NCBI GenBank assembly: GCA_965247285.1
Contig: CBDFHD010000002.1
Span: 364,499-428,498 of the forward strand
Direction of reading: 5' to 3'
Origin: Candidatus Poribacteria bacterium
GTDB taxonomy: Bacteria > Poribacteria > WGA-4E > WGA-3G
DNA: 64,000 nt
Shown: positions 50,290 through 61,347 of the stretch, piece after piece
Layout: every line of letters begins with the position of its first letter
How positions within the stretch are numbered: the first letter of the stretch is position 1
The notes under the pieces: model-generated
Told to the model about the DNA's origin: nothing
What the model saw: the letters and a program-made list of their open reading frames with translations, nothing else
The model's database searches: none
Made by a program: the position numbers and the translations under genes

Positions 50290-51471
50290 CACAAGTCAAC
50301 GCAATTTGGCGGTTCCAGCAGGAGTGGCACTGGACTCGGCTCTTTTGGTTCAGGCTCCGGTTTTGAACAAGGACGGACACAAGGCAGTGGCAAGCTAAAT
50401 GCACTCGTGGAGGGTGCGGGTGCTGCGAATATCAATGCTTCGTTATCAGATGTAACAGGGAACATGGTTCTGGGTAACGGTGTACCACAGCTTTCCAAGG
50501 GAAGCCCTGGTGCTATTATTCAGGGGCGCGGCAAAGAGATTATTGGAAGCCTCAATCTCGTCCGTCTTGATGACCCGTTACATCCGAACCTTGATTTCTG
50601 AGGCAGCGGCATCGGACACCTCCGATTCGGGGCAGGTCTGCCCTATTTAGTCAAGTCGCTGAATACAGAAACAGGCATCCAAACCCAAATGGTTGACGCG
50701 GTCCAAATTACGGATGCAGCGTTCTTTGAGTCACCGATTATCTTTATGGAACCGATTTCCGGTTCCTCAGGAAAACTCCAGAACGGATTACTGAACGGTC
50801 AGGCTATCTGGCAAACGAAAGGGGATCGTCCTTCCTTCGGTTATACTGATCGGGAGGCGCAGCGGATTCGCGAATATGTCATAAACCGTGGCGGGTTTAT
50901 CTATATGCCCACGCACGGAAACACGGAATTGGCAATGCAACCCGCGCTTCGCATCCTGCGTCAAATTCTCCCTGAATACCACTTGACCACTATTCCTAAG
51001 GATCACGAGATTTACAATGCTTTCTATGAGTTGAACGGACCGCTCCGATTTCCTGTTCGGAAAATGGGGAGTACCATTCTCCATCACGGTCCCTACGGTC
51101 AGTTACAGGGCGTTTTCATTGACGACCGACTCGCTGTTCTCGTTGATACGGAAGCAATGATACACGTGATGGATGGGGCAGTGCAGAAACCTTTCTTCGG
51201 TCACTATCAGGACCGGAATAAGATTTTAGAGGAGTTCGCACCCGCTGCCGCACGGCAACTCATTAACGTTGTCATCTACGCGGTAACACATGGGAGTATC
51301 TCGGATTATAGCAACTATATCCCCGAAGACGCGCTCGCCGGTGGAGAGACAGACAACATTCCGAAAAAGGCACCGGCTGCCGCAAATCTCTTTAAAATCC
51401 GTGCAATCCCTGTACTCCGAGATTCACACAGGAAAATCTTTGAGGTAACGCATCTCAATCCTAATCTTTGA
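50290..51471 (+). CDS. DUF4159-like protein, apparently 5'-truncated, with in-frame TGA at 50599-50601
   Basis: The frame opens after TAA at 50287 with a Gly/Ser linker. PNLDF-TGA-GSGIGHLRFGAGLPYL continues into GGFIY, IP.DHEIY and G.FIDDRLAV. Confidence 0.6.
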
Positions 51472-51520
51472 CAAAATATTTACACACCCACATAAACATA
51501 AACCTTTTCCTCCACAACAA

Positions 51521-51950
51521 CGGTAGGTGCGGTTTGATGAAGTTTCAGAAAATATTTCGGTAATGCTATGCTTCCCTCAGACCCGGTAGGGTTTTTGCTT
51601 GGGGGTTTCTTCACGGTTTGTAACCGCACCATAAGTGTCAATTTAAGAAAAAACTGTGACATCGCATCGTAGGTTGGGTAGAGCGGGATAGAAAAATAAT
51701 AGACAACCCACCAGAACCCCTATGGTTTCAAGAGACTTTGGAAACACCCTAAACGCAGCGAAACCCAACTTGACGGCTAACCGATCTGTGATGTGTTGGG
51801 TTTTACTATTTTCTTGGGTGTATACGAGGCTATGTTGGGTTTCAGGTGTATTTGGCACACCGACATCTGTTTTCTCAGTTCCGTTCAACCCAACATCATA
51901 CCATCAGGTGCTTGAAGTGATAGGCGTATATCGTTGGGTTTCACTACGTA
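51521..51950. repeat. Cluster of REP elements (GTAGGTGCGG and GTAGGTTGGG families)
   Basis: GGTAGGTGCGGTTT...AACCGCACC and CGTAGGTTGGG...GAAACCCAAC...GTTCAACCCAAC. Confidence 0.7.
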
Positions 51951-52030
51951 TCTCTGTTTTTTAGGGTATGAAGGATTAGATGCCGGTTTGACGGCACACG
52001 GCATGTGCCTACTACTGTAACTGTTTATGC

Positions 52031-52059
52031 TTGACAGATTCTGCCAGAACGGGTATTCT
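52031..52059 (+). promoter_or_regulatory. Sigma70-like promoter
   Basis: TTGACA-17-TATTCT. Confidence 0.6.
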
Positions 52060-52106
52060 CAAGAAAAACCGACGTCTCTCTACCCCGTGAAAGCGAGTAA
52101 CATACC

Positions 52107-54791
52107 ATGCTACAGGTCAGATACGCACGCTATACCCCACACGATGCCTACCTCCGTTTGACGAATGAACATTACATCCTCGATGTGGACAGACGCAGCG
52201 GTGTTATCAAAGGTCTGTACCTGACAGAGGACGCACAAGGCACGAACTTCGTCGGAAATGAGCAGAACATGCGCCTCAACATCTGGTGGAAGCAACAGCA
52301 CGTTCCTGAAAAGGCGCAACGCATTCCGATGCACACTTGGACTGGCGATCTTGTGCTGAAAGCGCGTCTCGCCGGTGAAGCGGCGTGGTGCGCGATGCAC
52401 ACCTTCCTCAGCGACGATGTCCGTACGGTGACGTACGACGATGATTTCATAACGACCCGTTATGAGGGCAATTCTGTCAACCGAGGTGGACTCCAGCATC
52501 TCAATATCGAACAACGTTACGAGTTTAGGGGAAACCCACAGAGCGGCGATGCCATTCTATGGACGATCACGCTTCACAACACTTCGCAGGAACATGTCGA
52601 AATCGGAGAACTCGGACTCCCGATCACACTGAATACGAACTACAGTATCGGTGATGAGAAACAGGGTTTCAACCATCGGTCGATTGAGTCTACGAAGTAT
52701 GTCTTTGAGCAACGCGTGATTGAGAGCTCGTTTGTCTCTGGACATTCGTCCTATATCCTCGCGACCCGTGCGAGCGGTAAAGGCGACCACTTACTGATTG
52801 TCCCACAAGGCGACACCGCACTGGAGGCGATTTCTGGGTATGGACTTTTCCCTAACACCGAGATGGTGACGGGTGCTGGCTCCATGTTTTACCTGTTTTC
52901 CGAAGCCACTGCGGAGGAACCTTGGTACAATGGACACCGTTCGCTCACTTTGGCACCCGATGAAAGACGGACTTTCAGCTTCACACTGTGTCGCGTCAAG
53001 GACTATGCCGATGTCAACGAGAAGTTGTATCAGAACGGGAACATTGCCGTGAAGATCGTGCCGGGGATGGTGTTACCTGTTAGCACGACGGCACATCTTC
53101 TGCTCCGATGCAAGAAGCCGATTACGGCTATTGAGACCGCTAACGGCATTGAGGTTGAACCCGTAGCAGTGATGGGCGACCGTTACACCTATACCGTCCG
53201 TCTCACTTCCATGGGGGAACAGAAGGTGACAATCCGCTACGGCAATGGCGAGTGGACACACCTGTTGTTCAACGGTATCGCGGAGATAGAGACCTTGATG
53301 AAGGCGCGCGCCAAATTCGTCGTGGAGAATCAGCGTGTCGAAGATCCTGACGACCTCTGTCACTACAGTTTTCGCATCTGGAATAACGAGGATGAAAGAC
53401 GCATTGTGGAGGAGGAGGCGCCTTGCGGCTCGATTGATATGGGGGGCAGCGATGACTGATGCTTTGCAGCACCCGTATTCCTCGCCGGAAAAAACGCCTA
53501 TTATCCCGACGAGCAGGAGATCCACGCACTCGATGAATTCATTGAGAAATTTCTCTACGGGAAGTTGCAGAACAAAGACAACTATCAGGTGCTGAATTCG
53601 CTCATCGGACTCCGACCGGGGTCGTGGCGGCGATGGGATTACGTCTGGCGCATCTATAACTATCCGCACGTCTATAATATCTACTATCAGATGTATCGGA
53701 TCACCAAGTTGCACGGGATAAAAACGAGTCGCGAACCGTTGTGGTATCTCAACCTCGCCTATAACACCGCACTCGCCTCTTACCTCGATTCTACCTACGA
53801 GAGCGTCTATGAGACGAAGAATTACATCGACTACCACCGTGGCAACATGTCCAAAACGCATGCACCGATGGGTTCACCGATTCTGGCGCATCTCCTGAGA
53901 TCGCTGAAAACGGAAGGCATGGTTCCTGAATACTGGACGCTTCGAGAGGCTATTGAAGGGTGTCTCCCGTTTTTCCTTGAGGAGGAGTACCCGTTCGCAT
54001 CGGAGTATTGCTTCGATCACGCCTCGAAAGCGGCGTTATACTATTTAGCACAGGTCGCCGATGATGAATCGCTGAAGCAGCGCACTGTGCAGACGATCCT
54101 CGCCAGCCGCGACGCAACCCCGATGTGGTTCTCCTACTGCACGAACATGCGATTTATCGGATGCTACCCAACGCCACTATTGGCGCGTCCGCTTTTCGAT
54201 AGATATGAGCAGACAGGGGATCTACACTTCCTGCAGAAGGCTTATGGTGCAACCTTGGCTGTCTGGAGTTGTGTTGATCCTTCGGGGAAAGGCTACAACG
54301 GTAGAGAGTGGCGGTTCAACCCGCCGGAGAAGGGGTCACCGGAATACAACTACTATCGGAACGGCTGTTTCTCTGGTGAGGTCGGTATGGGACTTTACGG
54401 CAACTTGAGCATGCTGAAATCCTACCTCGTTCAAGATCCGGATTTCGGGCTCGTCGGATATGGATGTGCTGTTTCGGAGACGGCGGACGGCTATACGCTC
54501 GTCCCGCAGGATGGGTTAGGGGTTAGGGCATCCTTTGTGCCGCTCGGTGTGGCGTTGGAGACGGTGAAGGCTCGTATTGAGAAGGCGACACTCACGAAGG
54601 ATTTGCGACAGTTGGAGCTCGTTTTGTCGAAGCCGTCCAGGCATGCGGAATGTGCGCATATTTCTGTCCGTGGGATGCCATCAGGCTCATATCGGTGTAG
54701 CACAGGTCGCATCGAGATCCGCGAGCAAATTGAATGGGATGTTCCTTATGCAGAGGGGCAGGATTCCGTTGTCGTGACGTTAGTCCGCTAA
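52107..54791 (+). CDS. DUF5695-like large protein with in-frame TGA at 53457-53459, 894 aa if read through
   Basis: GGSDD-TGA-CFAAPVFLAGKNAYYPDEQEIHALDEFIEKFLYGKLQ joins both ORFs in frame; R.YNYPHVYN motif downstream. Confidence 0.65.
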
Positions 54792-54811
54792 ACGATTTGC
54801 GTCTCAGGTCC

Positions 54812-54870
54812 GGTAGGTGCGGTTTTGCGGCGTACTCGCCCAAATGCGATCTGTATTCCCAACCGCACCG
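54812..54870 (-). repeat. REP-armed miniature element, copy 3
   Basis: Reverse complement of the 603/16208 core with GGTGCGG arms. Confidence 0.8.
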
Positions 54871-55115
54871 GTGTCCGCCTGAATCGCGGATTTTCGCAAC
54901 TTTGGACCGCTATGACTTCAACTCCAGCGGGTTCTCACTGCGAAGCAATCTGTGTAGAAAGGATGCTGTGTAGGGGTCAGCGATTGGTATTCAGCCCCGT
55001 AGGGGCGATATGTTGATAGAAACCATGGGATATAAAATGATAGCCCTATAAGGGCGGCATGTGTATATCGTAATACATCAAATCACACCAGCGCGGTAGG
55101 AACATTGCGTCGTAC

Positions 55116-55149
55116 AAAAAAAGAGACCGGTAAAACCGGTCCCCTTTTT
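55116..55149. terminator. Intrinsic, probably bidirectional, terminator
   Basis: A-tract, GACCGG-TAAAA-CCGGTC hairpin, T-tract; downstream of the STAS gene. Confidence 0.7.
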
Positions 55150-55171
55150 ATATATCACTGAACTTTAGGTG

Positions 55172-55513
55172 CTATGCCGATAGTGCTGAGACTGCGGCAT
55201 CCTCGCTGTCGAAACACTCAAAGAGACTCATTAACCGATTCAGAGCGACCAGGTTTTTGATGTGTTTACCGACATTGATAACCCCGATACGCCCTTTCTT
55301 GCGGGTTGCGGCGACACGTGCTTCCATAAGGGCACTGAGCCCTGAACTATCGATTCGATTGACGCGCTCGAAATTGATGAGGACGCGTGGCTCATCGTAA
55401 GCCTCTATCTGTGGTGAAATTGCCTTCCGTAATTCTGATGCTGAGGATCCCACTATCTTTCCACTCGGTTCCAAAATCGTGATGCCATTTTGCTGACGAA
55501 TTTGCGTTGCCAT
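55172..55513 (-). CDS. STAS-domain anti-sigma factor antagonist
   Basis: LINFERV..IDSSGL motif. Confidence 0.9.
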   Translation of the reverse strand: MATQIRQQNGITILEPSGKIVGSSASELRKAISPQIEAYDEPRVLINFERVNRIDSSGLSALMEARVAATRKKGRIGVINVGKHIKNLVALNRLMSLFECFDSEDAAVSALSA

Positions 55514-55820
55514 GATTTTTCTCCTTCTCCATTTTTTAGAACACTGTAAATCTCAATTCATTTTTCTAACTTTTACACTCTTTTAACGTTCAATTGCTGT
55601 GTTTGTTTACATTAGTCAGATTTTGTGAGAAAAGGTTCGTTTTTTTAAGTGTATCTCGCAGATCGTTCATCGTCCTCACATGGCTATCAGCCATCAACCG
55701 TCAGCGATCAGCAAGAGTCGGGATTCGGAGATCCCTCCTACAAAGAGGCTGTCAGCGGTCAGCGGTCAGAAGTCAGGATAGGGAGTCGGGGTTACAAACC
55801 CCTCCCACATAAAGAGGCTC

Positions 55821-58800
55821 CTACAAGGGTGGCAGGTTTTTGACAATCTCCACGGTTTTCAGGCTGACGGTGATGACGCTGGCAATCAGATCCACAATAT
55901 ACCGCGGCTCCGACTCACGGTTCGGGTCGTTCACAATCCCGCTCCGTTTGTCCGTCTTGACCCGATACTGATCCACCACCCACTCCAACGCAGAACGATT
56001 GCCGAGCCGATAGTCGTACGCCTCGGCAGGGATACCGTCCAACGTCAGGAAATCGTTGTATACCAACTGCGTCTTGTCTTTGGAGAGTTTCATCTTCTCA
56101 ACCCGCCAATCGACTGTCATCCCCGGCGTTTCAATGTATTTCAGTTTATCGTATTTGGGAACGGATTCATAGTTGACGTGGAGGTCTGCTAACTGCGCAC
56201 CTGCGTTGGCGAATCCCCAGAAATCCTCGGCGAACGGGATATGCGGAAGGTCGCGCTTGAGGTTCATCTGATACTTCTCGCGGTAGTCGGGATGGTGCAG
56301 GAGACTGTAGTTGTAGTGGAAGATGTCCCATTTGGTGATGGTGTCATCGTCGTAGTGGGTTCGGAATTCCGTCAACGCCCAATCGGTGATGTTCTCCTGT
56401 GGGTTCGTGCCGTCCTCGTTGTAGATATAGAAGGGGAAGCATTGAGAATCGCCTGTAAGATGGAGATCTGGAATCACGTCAACCATCAACGATTGAAACG
56501 GTTTGTTACTTCCAATGCCACTGACACAAATCACCCGATTTTCCGTTTCGGATGTCGGAAATATGGAAGGGAAGTGGGAAACCTCATCATTCATAATTCG
56601 GTCGAAAAATAGGTAAGATTTTGTGAAAGGACGGTAAAGTAGATTTCTTACTTTATCTTCAGCATACTCAGCGATTCTAATTCGTTTTAATTCCCGTTTT
56701 AAGTTACGACTCCACTTGATTTTTGTGTCATCAGAAATCACGAAATCATCAACATTGGTATCCCGGTCTAGTCTTCGTTCCCACTTAAACGCTTGATCGT
56801 TGTAGGTCTCAATCATTTTGTGCATGTTGTCAGTCAGTGTGTTATGGGTGAAATTACATACCCATGCGTCACGGTTCGTGCTAACACCAAGACTGTAAGC
56901 TTTGAAAACTACATCTATTGCTTCCTTTTTTACGCGTCTTGCTTCTTTACTTCCCATCGGCAGAAAGGTGTCAAATTCAGCATGGAGTCCTTCAGTTAGC
57001 CATGTATGTTTTTTATCCGGTGTGATTTCTTTCCACTCAATCCCGTTGATTGAAATCGCACTTTCGACTCGGTTGAACTTTTCTTGTCTTGTGGCTTTCC
57101 AATCCGTCCCACTATAGTAAATCTTGTGGTCATGATAGTGCCGACTTTTCACAAAGAAGGTCACGGTAATCCCAACCATCGCCGCAAGTCCAAATACGGT
57201 ATGCTTTTCTCCAATGGGAATCCCCTCTCGCATTGAATCTTTACGGACATTGCCTTTCAAATCCAAAATGTAGATACGGTTAAAATCCTGATAAAGATGT
57301 TTCCGCATCCCGTCGAACGCGATACCGTCGAGAAATCCGTTGTTCGTCACAAATGCAACAACACCTTCCTCGCCAATCCGTTCCGATGCCCATCGGATCG
57401 CCTTCACATACGGATCGTGGAGTTTATTTCTGAGTGTTGCCTTAGAATCTTTTACGTACGTCTCCGTAATCCGCTGGTCCATTACCTCATACTTACGATT
57501 TTTGTTATTATCGTTTTCATTTACTTGCTGCGTGTTATAGGGCGGGTTGCCAATAACGACAAACATATCCGCCGCCTTCTGTCGTTCCACGCGTTCTGTG
57601 TTCTCCTGCGTGAACATAATATGCTGCTGCTGTCCCTCAAACAGCTCAAACGTGTCCGCAAGCGCGATTCCTTCAAACGGCAGATACGTCCCCATCCGTT
57701 CAAAGTACTCCTGTTCGATGTTCAGACTGGCGATGTAGTAGGGTAGGAGCATCACCTCGTTGCAGTGGAGTTCGTGGCGGTATTTCGCCTCCAATGCTGT
57801 GCCTTGGATGTCCTGCATGAGTCGGACGATGAAGTTACCTGTCCCGACGAACGGATCGATGATATGCACACCGGTATCCGACAGTGACCGACCGAATTCG
57901 GTTTCCAAGATGTGTGCGACGCTGTTCACCATGAAATCGACGATCGGTTGTGGTGTGTAGACGATGCCGTGTGTATCTGCTACATCCTCGGAGAACCCTT
58001 GAAAGAACTTCTCGTAAAATGTATTGAGAAAGTGCTGTTTCTGGGAGAAGTCTTGGCAGAGCGTCGCCGCCTGTTCAATGGCGACGTAGAATCGGTTCAG
58101 CGGTCCAAGAAACTCGTCGCGACTCATAGATTGCCGCATGAGCACATCGCTGACGTTTTCGATCTCGCGTGCGATGATGTTTCGACGCGTGAAGTCCGAC
58201 CTGTCAAAGACGGTGCGGAAGATGCGTTCGGTGAGGATATGTTGGATGAGCATCTCCTCGACGGCATCCTGTGAGAGTTCTGGATTGATGGAGGTGCGGC
58301 AGGTCTCGTAGAAATCGGTGAACGCCTTTTTGAAGGCTGGATCGGTTTCGTGGCGTTGCTCGATCCGTTCTTTCAACTCGCTTGCGAGGTCTGGTACATG
58401 CGTTCTGAAATCGGCGACGGCGGTCTGCCAATTGTCGAGTGCGGGTGCGGTGTAGGAGCACAGGTATTGGAGTGCCGCAATCAGATTTGCGGGTTCGGTG
58501 ATGTCGAGATCCAGCACCTCATGCCCGTTCTGATACAGGATGGCGCGCTGTGGGTTCTGGAAGAGGATGTTGTCGAGCGGATAGCCCGCCTCACGCTTGT
58601 CAATTACGGACCTTGACAGGTCGTCGTCCATATCCTTCGCTTCCCAGTAGGCGAACGGAAGTCCGTATTCGTCGAGTATGGTGCCGTCGATGATGATGCG
58701 GTTGTCTGCGGCAGTGCGCATCGGATATTGTGGGACGAAGGTACCGTTCACCTGTTTTGCACAGGTGTGTAGGAGTGTATCGAAAGGGGAGCTGACCGCG

Positions 58801-58895
58801 CCTTCGTGTGTAATGTCGTGTTTATTGTATTGCTGCAGCGTGGCGTAGTAGTCTCGGACTGCTTTGTGATTGGGTTTGAGGTTGAGTTGCGGCAT
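55821..58895 (-). CDS. Type ISP-related (helicase-less, IIG-like) restriction-modification enzyme: nuclease + N6-adenine MTase + specificity domain
   Basis: N-terminal DG...YWEAKD nuclease-like motif, YTPQPIVDF, DPFVGTG, GNPPY and an ISP-type C-terminus (YRPF, GNRSALEWV). Start at MPQLNL. Confidence 0.85.
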   Translation of the reverse strand: MPQLNLKPNHKAVRDYYATLQQYNKHDITHEGAVSSPFDTLLHTCAKQVNGTFVPQYPMRTAADNRIIIDGTILDEYGLPFAYWEAKDMDDDLSRSVIDKREAGYPLDNILFQNPQRAILYQNGHEVLDLDITEPANLIAALQYLCSYTAPALDNWQTAVADFRTHVPDLASELKERIEQRHETDPAFKKAFTDFYETCRTSINPELSQDAVEEMLIQHILTERIFRTVFDRSDFTRRNIIAREIENVSDVLMRQSMSRDEFLGPLNRFYVAIEQAATLCQDFSQKQHFLNTFYEKFFQGFSEDVADTHGIVYTPQPIVDFMVNSVAHILETEFGRSLSDTGVHIIDPFVGTGNFIVRLMQDIQGTALEAKYRHELHCNEVMLLPYYIASLNIEQEYFERMGTYLPFEGIALADTFELFEGQQQHIMFTQENTERVERQKAADMFVVIGNPPYNTQQVNENDNNKNRKYEVMDQRITETYVKDSKATLRNKLHDPYVKAIRWASERIGEEGVVAFVTNNGFLDGIAFDGMRKHLYQDFNRIYILDLKGNVRKDSMREGIPIGEKHTVFGLAAMVGITVTFFVKSRHYHDHKIYYSGTDWKATRQEKFNRVESAISINGIEWKEITPDKKHTWLTEGLHAEFDTFLPMGSKEARRVKKEAIDVVFKAYSLGVSTNRDAWVCNFTHNTLTDNMHKMIETYNDQAFKWERRLDRDTNVDDFVISDDTKIKWSRNLKRELKRIRIAEYAEDKVRNLLYRPFTKSYLFFDRIMNDEVSHFPSIFPTSETENRVICVSGIGSNKPFQSLMVDVIPDLHLTGDSQCFPFYIYNEDGTNPQENITDWALTEFRTHYDDDTITKWDIFHYNYSLLHHPDYREKYQMNLKRDLPHIPFAEDFWGFANAGAQLADLHVNYESVPKYDKLKYIETPGMTVDWRVEKMKLSKDKTQLVYNDFLTLDGIPAEAYDYRLGNRSALEWVVDQYRVKTDKRSGIVNDPNRESEPRYIVDLIASVITVSLKTVEIVKNLPPL

Positions 58896-58985
58896 AGGGG
58901 TATGATAGCAGGTTTTGAGGGGATACGTCAAGGGGAATTTGGCAGATGTCGCCTGTCTGGGGCTTTGTTTTTTTGGTGATATGCG

Positions 58986-59250
<265 letters not shown>

Positions 59251-59312
59251 GACTGCCAGCGAAGCGTTTTCATTGGCAAACGGGGTCCGAACCTGTTATA
59301 CTTATCTCAGAG

Positions 59313-60191
59313 GTGCAAACGAAAAACCACACAATGCGCGATACCAAACTCGAACCCCGTACCAAAATCCTGATGATGCTCATTAGCGGATGCCTCGTCA
59401 TTCTGCTGGACAGCCCGACGGCACTGCTTGTCTGTTTCCTTGGGAGCCTCGCGTTGGTCGCACTGTCCGTCCCGACGTGGCGGCAGATCGGGTTGCTCTG
59501 TGCTTTCCTCTTTTTTACGACGTGGGGTTTGATTTACAGCCAAGCGATCTTCTATAACGAATTTCCACGCACCGTGCTGTTCACGCTCGTGCCTGCAGAC
59601 CTACCGCTCATTGGGAAGATGACAGGTGGCATCCGTGTCTATCGAGAGGGGCTGTTCCACGGAATCGTCCAATCCCTCCGTTTCAACACGACACTCGTCA
59701 TCGGGTGTTTTATCGTTTGGACGACGCAACCCCGCGATCTGCTCCTCGCGTTGGCACAGTTGCGCGTGCCAGCGACCCTCGCTTTTATGGTGACGACGGC
59801 GTTACATTTCATTCCTGTCATTGCGAATGAAGCAATGACTGTGTTTCGTTCCCAAAGGTTAAGGGGATTTCGTTACTTCCGTCTCAATCTGTTTGCGACC
59901 TGCCGCGGGATTCTCAACAGTTTTCGTCCTATCTTAGCGGGTAACATCCGGCACGCGACGCACCTCGGCGAATCCGTTGAAAGTCGCGGGTTCTCACCGG
60001 AGACAGTGACACAACGCACCTCACTACGGGCTTTGAAGATGAGTGCTTGGGATTTCAGTCTGCTCGCGGTGTTATCTGTCTGTTTGATGGGTGTTGTTGG
60101 GTTGAAGATACTCTATTTCTTCTATGCGAACGGTATCTATTACGCCTCGTGGTTGCGGCATGCGTATACCTTCACCCGTGAGGTTTTGTGA
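59313..60191 (+). CDS. ecfT: Energy-coupling factor transporter T component
   Basis: LEPRTK, TT.P.DL..AL, ALHFIP, AQ-equivalent SQRLRG and ESRGF motifs. Confidence 0.85.
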   Translation: MQTKNHTMRDTKLEPRTKILMMLISGCLVILLDSPTALLVCFLGSLALVALSVPTWRQIGLLCAFLFFTTWGLIYSQAIFYNEFPRTVLFTLVPADLPLIGKMTGGIRVYREGLFHGIVQSLRFNTTLVIGCFIVWTTQPRDLLLALAQLRVPATLAFMVTTALHFIPVIANEAMTVFRSQRLRGFRYFRLNLFATCRGILNSFRPILAGNIRHATHLGESVESRGFSPETVTQRTSLRALKMSAWDFSLLAVLSVCLMGVVGLKILYFFYANGIYYASWLRHAYTFTREVL

Positions 60192-60560
60192 ATAGTTGTC
60201 AGTTATCAGTAGTCGGCAATCAGTTATAGTAAAATCCAAAAATATATTTACAGTTCGTCAGGGAACAAACACCTCACCCCCGCTGGCGAGGATTGTATCC
60301 TCGCCCATCTTTTAGTGTATAAGTAATTACGGGTTGGCTCATGTAAAGACTGTGTGCTAATGAAGATGCCCAACCCGCGTGGGGACTGCCTTCGCACAAA
60401 ACAATCGCACATACTTTTTACATGAACGAGTAATTACGGGTTTTACTATAATAGGCGTTTTGTAACAATCTACCCTAACTTGATATGCTCCACAAAGAGA
60501 TAAATTCTTACAGAAGTCCCTCTTTAACTGAAAACTGAAAACTGAAAACCGAAAACTATT

Positions 60561-61082
60561 TTAGCGTCCGACTTCCCATGCCAGATGTTGCAATTCCGGT
60601 CCAATCAACTTTTCCCATGCCAATTGCACTGCGGCAGTTGAACCCGGTGTGGAGATCACCACTTTTCCGCGATAGACACCCGCTGTCGCGCGTGAGAGCA
60701 TCGCCGCGGCACCGACCTGATCGTAACTGAACATCCGAAAGAGTTCGCCGAATCCGGGCAAGGTCTTTTCCAGTTTGCGACTGAGAATGTCAAAAGTGGT
60801 GTCGCGCGGGGCGATGCCAGTGCCACCGTTGAAGAGAATAACCTGTGCGTCGCTTTCCGCCATTTTATCTAATACTGCCGCGACTTGGTCGGGTTCATCT
60901 TTTATGATTTGATATGCGGCGACGCTGTTTCCCTCTGCCGCGAGTTGTTCGCGTAGGAATGCGGCGTTTTTATCTGTTTCAGGGGTGCGTGTGTCGCTCA
61001 CGGTGACGATCGCAACGGCGACAGGTCCCTCCTCGGTTGCCATTTCTCGGTGTTGTTGTGTACTTGTAGAAGTTGTTGACAT
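60561..61082 (-). CDS. moaB: Molybdenum cofactor biosynthesis protein MoaB/Mog
   Basis: [26 protein letters not shown] and A.LSRA motifs. Confidence 0.92.
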   Translation of the reverse strand: MSTTSTSTQQHREMATEEGPVAVAIVTVSDTRTPETDKNAAFLREQLAAEGNSVAAYQIIKDEPDQVAAVLDKMAESDAQVILFNGGTGIAPRDTTFDILSRKLEKTLPGFGELFRMFSYDQVGAAAMLSRATAGVYRGKVVISTPGSTAAVQLAWEKLIGPELQHLAWEVGR

Positions 61083-61347
61083 TATATTGTTGTCTCCTTT
61101 CGATGGTTAACTTTTCAATCAGTTTGGGTCCCGTGGTATTGGGACATCCGGCAAGGAAAACCTTAGCGTTGCATTCGGTCTCTTATCAATATAACTGTGA
61201 GAAGCCACATCAGATGAGGCAGCGGGATCAATAAGTTCAATGTGATAGTCTGTGATTTTGGGGCTGTCGAGGTTAATCCACCTTCGCCAAAATATTGAAC
61301 ATGTTTTCTATGTGGGAGCGAATTGTTGCATCCATAATGACAACTAA

